Assembly: GCA_040217195.1 (NCBI GenBank)
Contig: JAVJNR010000004.1
Coordinates: 608,001-672,000 of the forward strand
Source of the DNA: Leptospiraceae bacterium
GTDB lineage: Bacteria > Spirochaetota > Leptospiria > Leptospirales > Leptonemataceae
Reading direction: 5' to 3'
DNA length: 64,000 nucleotides
This document shows positions 1-9,553 of this stretch, piece by piece. Position 1 is the stretch's first letter; each line of letters opens with the position of its first letter. Under the pieces are notes generated by a model, which was not told the DNA's origin, made no database searches, and saw only the letters and a list, made by a program, of their open reading frames with translations. Both the position numbers and the translations under genes were made by a program.

Positions 1-1845
1 TGATTTCAATGCCCGGTAGAATTGTTCACTGATTAAAATGGGACTTCCAAAATCCCGGGTCAGACGCTCTATTCTGGAGGCTGTATTCACTGCATCGGAA
101 ATCACTGTGGATTCCATTCGGTCTTCAGATCCAATGGTACCTAACATTAGCCTTCCATGATGAAGTCCAATGCCCACTTTTATGGGATCGAAGCTCTGCT
201 TCTGTCTATGCTGATTGAAAATTCGAACTTCCTCCTGGATTCTGATAGCGGACTGCAGAGCCTGCTCCGGCGGGCCCGCAAATAGAGCCATGATGGCATC
301 TCCAATATATTTATCTACGAATCCACCGTGTTCGGTAATACAGGGGACCACCCCTTTTAGATAAGCATTGAGGAACTGAAAGTTTTCTTTCGGGCTCATC
401 TTCTCAGAAAGATTGGTAAATGCGCGAATATCAGTAAAAAGAATACTCATCTCCGATTCAATCTGATCGCCCAGACGAACATCGCGAATGTCGGTGCGAT
501 TTAGATGATTCAAAAAATCGGTGGGAACGAATCGAGCATAGGCCTGATTTGTTTCCAGCAATGTATCGCTAAGGCTTTTGCTCTGGCGAAATGCCATGGA
601 AAAAATCCTGGCAAGCAAATAAGACTGAGCCAGAAGAAACACAATCAAACCGAATCCAGCCAGGTTCCCGATTGTGGTGATATACACTTCGCTTGCATAG
701 AGCATATCATGAATGGCTGTCAGAGCGAAAATAGTGCCACCTAACAGGGAAGCTACCGCTCCCGGATGGTGGCGCCTGATTGCCCGTATCCAGAGAATAA
801 TACCGAGAATCAGACAGAGCGCAAAGAAAACGAAAAAATAGACCAGAGTAAGCGAATAGACGCCTACAGGAAAAAACAGTACGGCCAGGCCAAAGATGGT
901 TGCTGGTGCCCAGACCATAAATGGCAAAATGCTTTTCCAGGGATCATCCAGAGCCAAAAGCAAAAATGTGATGAATGCAGGAACCGCAAGATAGAACGAT
1001 AGGAATTCTAACTTTCGCATGAATTCGAATCCGATTTCCGGATAGAGAAATTCAACCAGGTGCTCGCCAGTGGAGGCCACCCGCACAGCAATAATCAGAC
1101 ATACTATGGAAAAGGCCAGGGAGGACAAATCTTCCCGGCGACTCAGAAAGAGGGCCAGGTGATACAATCCTATAGCCAGGATTGCCGACATGGTAAAAAC
1201 ATCAAAAATCAATCGTCCGAGCCACAGACGTCGAATATCTTCCTGCTTGCCCAGAAAGAATGGATTCCACATTCCTCCGCTGCGATCGGTGAAATTGGAA
1301 ATCTCAACCCGAATGTTAATTTCGCCATCGGCGCTGAGCGATTCCGGGATGTCCAATGGCTGAATAAAAAAGGCCGGTCGATGACTGCGAGAATCACTGC
1401 CTGCCTGCCCCGACTGTCCGATCAATCGCTCATCAACATAAACTTCCCAGGCCGTACCCTGCCTGGAGCTATAGAGTCCCAGAGCTCCCATCTGCTCGGG
1501 CAGTTTAATGGTCTTTGTATAAATACCTTTTCCGTAAGAGGGATACTTGCCTCCCTTCCAGGTCTGATTGTTCCAGGCACCCGGGACCTGAATTGTGCGA
1601 ATCTCATCTGGCTGGCCGGACCAGCGAAAGCTCCAGGGCCCATCCAACTGAACAGGTTCTGCAAAGTCCAGGGATGGAGCCTCTTGAGTAGCTGGAATTT
1701 TCGCTTCGCCACAGCTCGAGGCACAAAGAAGCATGATAACTAACAATGGACCGGCTACTGCGTATTTCCCCGGCCAGGTTTTTCTGACCGAGCCCCTACC
1801 CCGCAGAGCTACATTGACATCTGCATAATTTGCCCGGATTTTCAT
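1..1845 (-). CDS. Membrane-bound class III adenylate/guanylate cyclase with N-terminal extracellular (7TM-DISM-like) sensor; 3' end runs off the window
   Basis: Not in the ORF track because its stop lies outside the window. Manual translation from ATG 1845 (MKIRANY...) gives a signal-like segment, an extracellular domain, several TM helices, then cyclase motifs SILFTDIRAFT, GFVDKYIGDAIMALF, GIGLHHG and RMESTVISDAVNTASRIE. Confidence 0.9.
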   Translation of the reverse strand, partial: MKIRANYADVNVALRGRGSVRKTWPGKYAVAGPLLVIMLLCASSCGEAKIPATQEAPSLDFAEPVQLDGPWSFRWSGQPDEIRTIQVPGAWNNQTWKGGKYPSYGKGIYTKTIKLPEQMGALGLYSSRQGTAWEVYVDERLIGQSGQAGSDSRSHRPAFFIQPLDIPESLSADGEINIRVEISNFTDRSGGMWNPFFLGKQEDIRRLWLGRLIFDVFTMSAILAIGLYHLALFLSRREDLSSLAFSIVCLIIAVRVASTGEHLVEFLYPEIGFEFMRKLEFLSFYLAVPAFITFLLLALDDPWKSILPFMVWAPATIFGLAVLFFPVGVYSLTLVYFFVFFALCLILGIILWIRAIRRHHPGAVASLLGGTIFALTAIHDMLYASEVYITTIGNLAGFGLIVFLLAQSYLLARIFSMAFRQSKSLSDTLLETNQAYARFVPTDFLNHLNRTDIRDVRLGDQIESEMSILFTDIRAFTNLSEKMSPKENFQFLNAYLKGVVPCITEHGGFVDKYIGDAIMALFAGPPEQALQSAIRIQEEVRIFNQHRQKQSFDPIKVGIGLHHGRLMLGTIGSEDRMESTVISDAVNTASRIERLTRDFGSPILISEQFYRALKS

Positions 1846-1892
1846 TTATCAGCTTCCATCTTAGCGCGCCGATTAGAACCGAATGCCCGGTA

Positions 1893-2273
1893 CTACCGGG
1901 GATACGTATGCCCGTAAATGGTGGTCTTCATTGGAGTGATGATAATTGGCAGTATGGTAAGACCTAGAATACCCATGCAGTAGTTTTCTGCATCTACATT
2001 GGTTATCTCAAATTTCGCAGCGCCAATCTCCCTTGCCTTTTCGGTAAAGCTTTTCACGCTACCTTCCATAGAGGCATCCCCCCAGAATGGGAAGTAACCG
2101 CAGCCCAGATGGATGGCCCAGGTGGTTGTAGATTGAAAACTGGAAGGTCTTCCCGCCGGTGTAATCATTCCATTGCGCGACCAGCCCCGATCGACTGTGG
2201 TGCAGGCAACGAAGGAAGTGCCTATGAGAATTATTGAAAGCAGGCCTATAGTTGGCAATCTTAAGGATTTCAT
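1893..2273 (-). CDS. Small lipoprotein, TRL-like family candidate
   Basis: Start at ATG 2273 (MKSLRLPTIGLLSIILIGTSFVAC) gives a spirochaetal lipobox. GDAS motif and C-terminal T-T-I-Y-G resemble TRL-like proteins. Confidence 0.55.
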   Translation of the reverse strand: MKSLRLPTIGLLSIILIGTSFVACTTVDRGWSRNGMITPAGRPSSFQSTTTWAIHLGCGYFPFWGDASMEGSVKSFTEKAREIGAAKFEITNVDAENYCMGILGLTILPIIITPMKTTIYGHTYPR

Positions 2274-2305
2274 GATACATGGGGAGAATTCGCCCGGACC
2301 ATGCC

Positions 2306-2338
2306 AAATAAAAAATGCCAGCCCGGAGGCTGGCATTT
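2306..2338 (-). terminator. Rho-independent terminator downstream of the thiolase
   Basis: Hairpin AAATGCCAGCC-cgga-GGCTGGCATTT followed on the minus strand by a T-rich tract. Confidence 0.75.
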
Positions 2339-2367
2339 GAAAAAGATTCCAATGGAATCTTCAGGTT

Positions 2368-2411
2368 TTGATCAGATGTTAATCAGATATTAATCCGATC
2401 TTAATCCGGCT
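2368..2411. repeat. Four imperfect 11-bp tandem repeats (TTAATC(A/C)GAT-like) ending in the thiolase stop codon
   Basis: ttgatcagatg / ttaatcagata / ttaatccgatc / ttaatccggct. Confidence 0.7.
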
Positions 2412-3678
2412 TACCTATTACGAAGGTCATGTTGGTTGTAGCACTGCCGCCAATATTCAGCATCACACCATTTTTGGCACCTTCCACCTGGTATTCGCCG
2501 GCTTCACCAGTTACCTGCTTATTAATGTCCAGGGCCATTCGTACTCCAGAAGCGCCCACCGGATGACCGGCACCGATGAGTCCACCAGATGGATTGATTG
2601 GCTTGCCGCCTTTAAAATCAATCTTACCGTCTTCAATGGCCTGATATTCCTCTCCAGGACCGCTTATGCCAAAGGCAGAGATAGCTGCATATTCGCTGGA
2701 AGTGAAACAATCATGAGTCTCGATTACATCGATTTTATCCACATCCAGTTTAGCTCTGTCGTAGGCCTCTTTTACGGCCCGGCGAGTCCAGGGCAGAAGA
2801 TAGGGATCATCCTTGGACTCTTCCATTTTCTTATCGAAAAGAATGGGAGCGACTCGATGGCCCCAGCCCTTGATAACTGCATAGTCGGAGATCTTCTTGC
2901 CCTTTCTGGAAGCAAATTCCTTCGCATACCCGGGATTGGCAATAACCATCAATGCAGCACCGTCGGTTACTTGAGAGCAGTCGGTAATGGCCAGAACGCC
3001 TCCAACCTCTGCGTTAAAATCTCCGCCCCGGGTCTTTGCATGCTCGCCGCTCATGTACCAGCTTCTTGTCTGAGCTTTAGGGTTTCGTTTTGCATTCGCA
3101 TAGTTGATCCGGGAAATCTCTCCCAGGTCATCCATAATGCGAGATTCGCCAACAGACTTGCCATATCGCTGAAGGATATTGTCCGCCAGCTTGCCGAACA
3201 ACTTGGGAAAAGGAAAAGAAATTCCTTTGGCCTCTTTTTCATAGTAAGCTGCCGTTCCCAGGAAGTCCCCGCCAATTGCGGAGCTCACGGTTTTCATAAC
3301 TTCGATTCCCACCACCACTGCAACATCGTAGTCGCCGGCTCGCAGTTTGGTGTTGGCCGCATCCAGAGCCACGGAGCCAGAAGCGCAGGCTGCTTCATAA
3401 CGAGCTCCAGGCACACCATAGAATGCAGGATTCACTTCAGTCAGGAAGGCGCCCAGGTGACCCTGGCTTGCATACTGTTCGGCGTCAAAGTTACCTACGA
3501 AAACGCCGATGCGGTTTTCCTGATTTAACTTCTTGATTTCATCGTAGTCCAGCCCTGCCTGAGCCAGGCCATCGTCTACTACCTCACGCATCATGGACAT
3601 GAAGGTTTTTCCTTCCTTGCTCCAGTTACGGGCAAAATCCGTCTGGGCTCCGCCCAGGATAACGGTTTGATCTGACAT
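2401..3678 (-). CDS. Acetyl-CoA acetyltransferase, SCP2-type thiolase
   Basis: Nucleophile EAACASG, ETHDCF (SCP2-type motif), INPSGG and [16 protein letters not shown] upstream. Confidence 0.92.
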   Translation of the reverse strand: MSDQTVILGGAQTDFARNWSKEGKTFMSMMREVVDDGLAQAGLDYDEIKKLNQENRIGVFVGNFDAEQYASQGHLGAFLTEVNPAFYGVPGARYEAACASGSVALDAANTKLRAGDYDVAVVVGIEVMKTVSSAIGGDFLGTAAYYEKEAKGISFPFPKLFGKLADNILQRYGKSVGESRIMDDLGEISRINYANAKRNPKAQTRSWYMSGEHAKTRGGDFNAEVGGVLAITDCSQVTDGAALMVIANPGYAKEFASRKGKKISDYAVIKGWGHRVAPILFDKKMEESKDDPYLLPWTRRAVKEAYDRAKLDVDKIDVIETHDCFTSSEYAAISAFGISGPGEEYQAIEDGKIDFKGGKPINPSGGLIGAGHPVGASGVRMALDINKQVTGEAGEYQVEGAKNGVMLNIGGSATTNMTFVIGKPD

Positions 3679-3882
3679 AAATGCTTCTCCTTTCTTTAGC
3701 TATGCCTCCACCCGAAAGCGGAAGCATCGGTCTCGAACTCATGCGTGGCTGCCACCACATTTGGGCTCGATTATCAGGTAACCAGGTCAGGGCCACACTG
3801 GCCATGAGCATTCTGGAACCGCTGAAACAGTTTTTTTACCGGTTCATGAGAGGCAAGAATAGTTTGGGAGGAGCCGCGCCCC

Positions 3883-4884
3883 TCAGAAATCCCGGGCCCC
3901 ATCCGTCCAGAAGCCTATGGCGCCGCATCCTCGCACCGGATCCAGAAGCTCTGGCATCCACTCTTTGATGGACGGACAATTTTCCGGGGTCTGGGCCAGA
4001 ACCTTGTATTGCTGACCATTGCTTATATAAAGATACTGCTCCCGGGGATCCTCCCCGGACCTCCGGTCCACAGGCAGAGTTGCAGGCACAACAGTACGAA
4101 TTTCAGGAATCCAGTCGGTTCCTGCTGCACCATCCGAATTAAAAAGCTCACCCTCCGAGCCTGGAAACCGGCCCCTGGCTTGCTGAAAGGTTTCCAGACC
4201 TATTCGGATTTTAATCAGATCTTCGACTCGCAGAAAATCGCTTCTGGAGGCCTGAGCCAAACCTTCCATCCTGGAGTAGGTCTGCGGATCCAGGACTGAT
4301 TTTAAAGGCTGCAGATGTTTTCTGGCAAATTTCTGATCTGGCTGAATTCTGTAGACTCGATAGCCTCCAAAAACTCCAAGAATTACCACTGCCAGGGTTA
4401 TCCATCCGATGCGACGCAGCCTTTGCATGTATCTATCCCTGGATGTAAGATAGGCCGGGCGGATTTCCTTCCATGATTGCTCCAGATAGTCCAATCTTGC
4501 GGCAGCCTGGCGCAATGCATCCGAAAGATGCGAAGTACTCTCACCGGATTCGGAGTAGAAGCTATGAAGCACTTTCAGATTTTCCGGGTTTCGGCTACGA
4601 AACTGTCTCTTGAGCTTCTCAAACAAATTCCCGGCTTTCTTCGATTCTCCGGGAATAGCACCGAGCTCTTGCATTCTGCTGGAGAGATGCTCCAGGTCCT
4701 TTTCCAGATATTCAGCCAGCAAGCGGCTGTCTCTCAGGGAAGAATCCGCAAGTGTCTCCACCGACTCCAGTCTCTGTCTTGCCCGGTTAATCCCATCTTC
4801 CAATTCTGCAGCCAGGGAGCTATTCCGGGCTTCCTCCTCGCTCAAAGAGGGAAATCCTGGCAGTAGTCTCTGTAATGATAGCAT
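3883..4884 (-). CDS. Hypothetical single-pass membrane protein (coiled-coil N-terminus, GspG-like C-terminal domain)
   Basis: 333-aa ORF with a helical charged N-terminal half, TM segment IGWITLAVVILGVFGGY, and a C-terminal LETFQQARGRFP...LPVD...QYLYISNG pattern. Confidence 0.65.
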   Translation of the reverse strand: MLSLQRLLPGFPSLSEEEARNSSLAAELEDGINRARQRLESVETLADSSLRDSRLLAEYLEKDLEHLSSRMQELGAIPGESKKAGNLFEKLKRQFRSRNPENLKVLHSFYSESGESTSHLSDALRQAAARLDYLEQSWKEIRPAYLTSRDRYMQRLRRIGWITLAVVILGVFGGYRVYRIQPDQKFARKHLQPLKSVLDPQTYSRMEGLAQASRSDFLRVEDLIKIRIGLETFQQARGRFPGSEGELFNSDGAAGTDWIPEIRTVVPATLPVDRRSGEDPREQYLYISNGQQYKVLAQTPENCPSIKEWMPELLDPVRGCGAIGFWTDGARDF

Positions 4885-5078
4885 GGTAAGACTGCAAAGC
4901 CACTGGATTCATTGTCATTCAGGTTTTTGAGTCTAACCACAAAGCGTAGTCTGCCCGGATACTGGTAATCCGATAAAAACCACTTGCCTGTCTTCAGGAT
5001 TCGGACCAAAGCCTAAAACATCATCAGGTTGCCTTAAATGGGGCAACTCGAGTCGAAAGCAAATAACAGGGGGAATAA

Positions 5079-6218
5079 ATGAAGAAAGTAGCAAGCAGCC
5101 TTATGGCTTTTTGTTTTCTGGCATTGGCCGGGCCGCTGAGCGCGGAAGAGCCAGGCTATGGGGCTCTGGAGGTACAGACCGATCTGGTTTCTAACTATAT
5201 CTGGAGAGGCCAGGATGTGATGGCCCTTTATGCTCGTCAGAACTCAGAGCAATACGGTGCGAATTCTGGCGCCTGGACCCTTCAGCCCAGCGTTACATGG
5301 ATAGCACCCACCGGAGGATTCTTTGTCAATATCTGGGGATCCTTTGCTCTCGAGGGAAGAGAGGATGTGGATTCGGATCAGAGAATTCAGACCGGTCCTG
5401 GACAGTCCTTCGTGGGCAATTCCAACTGGTTCGATCCTGCACTGGGAACCGCAATTGCCGGCGCAGGTCCAAATGCCAATACCGCTCCCATAACGGCCTT
5501 TAGTAGTTTACCCGGATTATACCCGGAAGCCAACGGCACTCGCAGAGTGGATGAGCTGGATTTAACCATAGGCTATGAAATGGATTCCACCATCGGTGTT
5601 ATTGGTTTTGGCCTCATTCATTATGCGTATTCCAGCCCACTTGTGAAATCGGACTATGGAAACTTGAATGGGTACTACGGAAATGAGGCCTATGTTACCT
5701 ACTCGCCTGCATTCATGCGAGAGCTCACTTTCAGCTACTATTCTGAGCTAACCAATATATGGCAGTACATTCAGCTGGGTTATGCAGACTCATACGGCAT
5801 CAGCGATACCATCGCAATAGATTACGGACTGAGTGCTGCCTATTCAGTTTACAATCAGGTGCAGGGGATGAATGATATTTCGGCCAACCTGGGAGTGTCT
5901 GCAACCATGGGAAACGGCACGTTTCTGATTTCCTACAACGTTAGCTACAGACCAGAGCTCAAGTTATATGAATGGCTTTATGATGCAGATGCCTATAACA
6001 ATCTACCGGTCTGGATTGATGGAGGAAGTACAGGGTTCGATGGCATGGTTACAGATCCGTCCAGAAGTCAGGGGATCATAAACGATTATGTGAATAATAC
6101 AGTGACTACTCAGATTCAGAATCAAACGGGAAATGCAAACTACACCTACACTCCTAGAATGAAAATACCTCGATTCGTGCACTACGTTAAGTTCGGGTAC
6201 AAATATCTGATCGAATGA
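5079..6218 (+). CDS. Outer-membrane beta-barrel, TorF/Gcw_chp-like putative porin
   Basis: Signal peptide; SNYIWRG and ELDLTIGY motifs typical of TorF-like porins; aromatic alternating C-terminal strand YVKFGYKY; RBS GGGGGA. Confidence 0.7.
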   Translation: MKKVASSLMAFCFLALAGPLSAEEPGYGALEVQTDLVSNYIWRGQDVMALYARQNSEQYGANSGAWTLQPSVTWIAPTGGFFVNIWGSFALEGREDVDSDQRIQTGPGQSFVGNSNWFDPALGTAIAGAGPNANTAPITAFSSLPGLYPEANGTRRVDELDLTIGYEMDSTIGVIGFGLIHYAYSSPLVKSDYGNLNGYYGNEAYVTYSPAFMRELTFSYYSELTNIWQYIQLGYADSYGISDTIAIDYGLSAAYSVYNQVQGMNDISANLGVSATMGNGTFLISYNVSYRPELKLYEWLYDADAYNNLPVWIDGGSTGFDGMVTDPSRSQGIINDYVNNTVTTQIQNQTGNANYTYTPRMKIPRFVHYVKFGYKYLIE

Positions 6219-6276
6219 TCCAGAGCTTAAGAAACGTTACTATAGATTTGACGGCAGAATGATCAGGGAAGACTCA

Positions 6277-6306
6277 GCCGGAGCCATTGAGCTCCGGCAT
6301 CTTCTT
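6277..6306 (+). terminator. Probable terminator hairpin
   Basis: GCCGGAGC-cattga-GCTCCGGC then ATCTTCTT, between convergent genes. Confidence 0.5.
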
Positions 6307-6418
6307 AATGGCTTTGGCTGCCCCTTCTGCGCATAGCATTCCAGATAGATAGAACAATACTAGCCCGGGAAACAGGAAAAGGAACCGACCAGGAGATAAT
6401 CATGAATCGAATCAGAAA

Positions 6419-6973
6419 TCAATGTATCCTATCAAAAATAGATTGGACTCTTCGATCATAGTCAACCGCCCAATCATTGACAGCATCCTTGTCGATCGTG
6501 CCTCTTGTGACATATACCAGACCATAAGCAAAGCGCCTGATGGTTTCTCTTTTTACATGAACATCCCTGTCCTTTGTCAGAATTTCCACCACTTCATCTG
6601 ATGTATTGAATCTATACTGATCCAGTTGACTATGGTATGTAGAAGAGAACCAGCCTTTCTCCAGCTTGCTTTTTGCTTTTTCAATTTGCGCCAGAACATC
6701 ATTGTACATGGAGTCGGCAGTAAGACCATCCCTGGCGATCCATAGTTTCAATGTTGTGCCATCGTCAGACCTCAGCTCCAATTCGCATTGGTACTCGAAA
6801 GCGTATGAGGACCTACCGGATCCACGTTCTCCTTTCACCTCAAGCCCTGATCCTGCGGCCTCTGCCAGAAGATATTTCTTGTAGGTAGAACAAGCTTCAT
6901 CCGCCGTGTGGCTGTGTCCTGCCGCCATAGGAAGAAACAAAAATAGGATCAGATAGTTTAGCCTGGTTTTCAT
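6419..6973 (-). CDS. Hypothetical secreted protein
   Basis: 184 aa, signal peptide MKTRLNYLILFLFLPMAAG, RBS GGAGG. Confidence 0.75.
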   Translation of the reverse strand: MKTRLNYLILFLFLPMAAGHSHTADEACSTYKKYLLAEAAGSGLEVKGERGSGRSSYAFEYQCELELRSDDGTTLKLWIARDGLTADSMYNDVLAQIEKAKSKLEKGWFSSTYHSQLDQYRFNTSDEVVEILTKDRDVHVKRETIRRFAYGLVYVTRGTIDKDAVNDWAVDYDRRVQSIFDRIH

Positions 6974-7321
6974 GGCCTCCAGGTATCCAGGCGAAATAAC
7001 CTTGGCAATATAAAAACCTGGACTCTCCGGCGATTGGGATTCCTGAAAGTTAGTAATCAGTCTTCCCGGGCTCTACGTTATCCATCGACTCTATTATGGA
7101 AGAGAAATTAGCGTGAGAAGCGATTACAGCCAGACTTTCTGGTGTCCAGAAATGCCTGGCTCCGTGGAGGTCAGGCGTTCGACCGTTCACCCGGATCAGG
7201 CTTTCGCCATCCATTGCAAAAAATTTTTCGGCCAGGAAAATACTGGGTGACAGTCCCATGGCATAACCCCGGATTATTGCCTCCTGAATGGATTTGATCT
7301 TAGTATTCAAAAGACTCCACA

Positions 7322-8299
7322 ATGAAAAAATCAATCTGGTCTTTGCTCCATATTCTCTGCGCCTGGCTCTTGATAGGAGCGTGCTCGACCCCGGGTGGTA
7401 GCGAAACAGGCCAGGAATCTACGGAGCCGGAGGGTACTCCTGTTTTCCAGTATCAGGTTATTGCCGAAGGAGGCTTGCGGCTTCGCTCCAGGCCAACGAT
7501 TGATTCCGATGTACTTGAAACCATACCACGCTGGAGCGTTTTTCAAACGGAAGGAAGGAGCCCCCACGCCGAAGAAACCATCGATGGCCGCAGAGGGGAA
7601 TGGATTCCATTAAAGAACGGGTGGCTCTTCAGCGGGTTTCTTACCTCCAGTGCCACAGTATTCTATCCCAGGACCGGAACAACCGCTCATTCTTATTTCA
7701 AGCCGAGCACTGCAGCAGAGAAATTTCCGTGGAAAGATGGATTCAAATTAGTCAGTAGCTATGACCTGCGACATACCGATTCGAATGGAGAAACCTGGCG
7801 AAAAGTGACCTACGAATTCGGATATGCCATAAGGTGGTTTCGGGAATCGGAAATGGAGGCAGGGGTTCCGGCCACCGATTATTGTAATTCAGAAAGTAGC
7901 GAAAACTGTCTACACCCCGGTCTGCGCCAGTATGTAAATGGCGGATCCATCCAACCTATGGGTTGCGAGTGTTTCGGGCCTATCCAGCTGTTCCCTCGGG
8001 GGGAAGTAGAAGGGTGCGGCCAGAGCGTGGGATCCTGGAAAACGAATGCCGACGGATCCATTCGCATCGAAATGCGGCAGAGCAATTACAGGTGCGAAGA
8101 TATACAGGGCCACATCTGCCAGTTTCGCTACCCGGGCAAAATGTTCGTAAAGAAAGTAAACTTGAATCGCTTCTCTCTCAAGCAGAGCCATCGCGAAGAG
8201 CTGAAGGCACGAGTGCACGGATACGATGAGGGATTCTTGCCTGTAACTCTGGACGGGCAACTGCTCAATCCAAGTATCTGTCAACCAGTGGGCCGATAA
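7322..8299 (+). CDS. SH3b-domain lipoprotein
   Basis: Lipobox LIGAC; GGLRLRSRPTIDSDVLETIP...GEWIPLKNGWLFSGFL fits bacterial SH3; Cys-rich C-terminal half. Confidence 0.75.
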   Translation: MKKSIWSLLHILCAWLLIGACSTPGGSETGQESTEPEGTPVFQYQVIAEGGLRLRSRPTIDSDVLETIPRWSVFQTEGRSPHAEETIDGRRGEWIPLKNGWLFSGFLTSSATVFYPRTGTTAHSYFKPSTAAEKFPWKDGFKLVSSYDLRHTDSNGETWRKVTYEFGYAIRWFRESEMEAGVPATDYCNSESSENCLHPGLRQYVNGGSIQPMGCECFGPIQLFPRGEVEGCGQSVGSWKTNADGSIRIEMRQSNYRCEDIQGHICQFRYPGKMFVKKVNLNRFSLKQSHREELKARVHGYDEGFLPVTLDGQLLNPSICQPVGR

Positions 8300-8317
8300 T
8301 CAATCAATGCCTTTGGA

Positions 8318-9553
8318 TCATGCCCGGGCCTGCCTTTTTCTATAACTTCGCAGCAGCGCGAAACCCAGGATCAGCAAAGCTGCTACCAGCAATGCCAGCC
8401 CCGCCCCTTCGTAGAGTACATCCAATCCTGTAGCCCCCCTGAGGGGCTCGGTTATTACCGGAGAGAAAAACTGACCCAGGAAAATGGCCGCTCCCAGGGC
8501 ACCCACCACCCGGCCCCGAAATGCCTCCGGAGTCACGGCAACCACCCATAGATTTAGATTTGGCATTAGCATTCCAAAACCCAGGCCGCAAATAGCCAGG
8601 CCAATCCAGACCTGAATCAAAGTGGTGGCACTTCCAAAGATAACGTAACCGGTGCCCATAAAAACGCAGATTAGAACACAGATCATTAGATGAGAAAAAT
8701 GCTTTCGCACATGTCCAAAGTTAAGAGAACAAAGAGAGGACACGAATGTAGCCAGTGCAATGGAGGCACCGCTTATGAAACCGCTGGCCTGAAACTCTTG
8801 CTCAAGAAAAAATGGAAGCTGCACCGGAATTAAATAGAATACTACCATCCCTCCGAATGCGAAGAATAGCAAAAACGTAATTACTGGTAGATGCAGAGAT
8901 TCTGGATCCCCCGGTATTGCAGTTTCGTAGGACTTTCTCTCTGGCTCGAATACAGACATGGCTGCGATGGGGGCAAGTATCAGGGCAAAAGAGTATACCA
9001 GGAATGGTCCTCTCCAGCTCCATTCGGAAAGCGCTCCACCGGCCAGCAAAAATACGACACCTCCAAGCCCCATGAAGGCAGCCTGGTAGCCCAGGAATCG
9101 AGCGCGATGGGGTCCATAGAAGTAATCAGATATTAGTGCCGTTGCTGAGGTTATTACCCCGGCAACGCTCATTCCGAGGATGGCCCGGGACACCAGAATA
9201 GAAGCAAGTGAATCAAGAAAGAATCCGGCAGTTCCGCTAATGCCATAGAGCACTGTGGATAGCACCAGCAGGCGCTTTCTTCCAAATCGGTCTGCAATCC
9301 ATCCTGCAATCGGAGCCGTAAGAGCGATGAACAATGCAGGCAATGTCAAAAGCAGCTTCACCCAGAAAGCAACATCCGGAACATCAATGAAGTGTTTCTT
9401 CATGGCCGGAAGAGACGGAGACATGGTGGCTCCGGCCATAACCGTAAGAGAACTGGCAGCCAGCAGAGAAAATTGGAGCCATCGATTCAGTCGATTATCC
9501 GTTTGCTGTGGCGGAGACTCCTCCTTCGATTGGCTGGAAGTATTCAATGTCAT
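8318..9553 (-). CDS. MFS transporter
   Basis: About 12 hydrophobic segments and MFS motif A GWIADRFGRKRLL; overlaps the 3' end of the upstream gene by 59 bp. Confidence 0.92.
   Translation of the reverse strand: MTLNTSSQSKEESPPQQTDNRLNRWLQFSLLAASSLTVMAGATMSPSLPAMKKHFIDVPDVAFWVKLLLTLPALFIALTAPIAGWIADRFGRKRLLVLSTVLYGISGTAGFFLDSLASILVSRAILGMSVAGVITSATALISDYFYGPHRARFLGYQAAFMGLGGVVFLLAGGALSEWSWRGPFLVYSFALILAPIAAMSVFEPERKSYETAIPGDPESLHLPVITFLLFFAFGGMVVFYLIPVQLPFFLEQEFQASGFISGASIALATFVSSLCSLNFGHVRKHFSHLMICVLICVFMGTGYVIFGSATTLIQVWIGLAICGLGFGMLMPNLNLWVVAVTPEAFRGRVVGALGAAIFLGQFFSPVITEPLRGATGLDVLYEGAGLALLVAALLILGFALLRSYRKRQARA

Noticed and set aside
505..1743. Plus-strand ORFs 505-744, 766-1002 and 1060-1743
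   Set aside because: Antisense shadows of the minus-strand adenylate cyclase (1-1845), which has clear motifs.
2563..3528. 321-aa plus-strand ORF
   Set aside because: Antisense shadow of the thiolase; no motifs. The same applies to the other long antisense ORFs such as 16974-17744, 19479-20060 and 58214-58858.
7050..7334. 94-aa minus-strand ORF between divergent genes
   Set aside because: No recognisable motif or RBS, and it overlaps the start of the SH3 lipoprotein; probably promoter DNA, though a small gene cannot be excluded.
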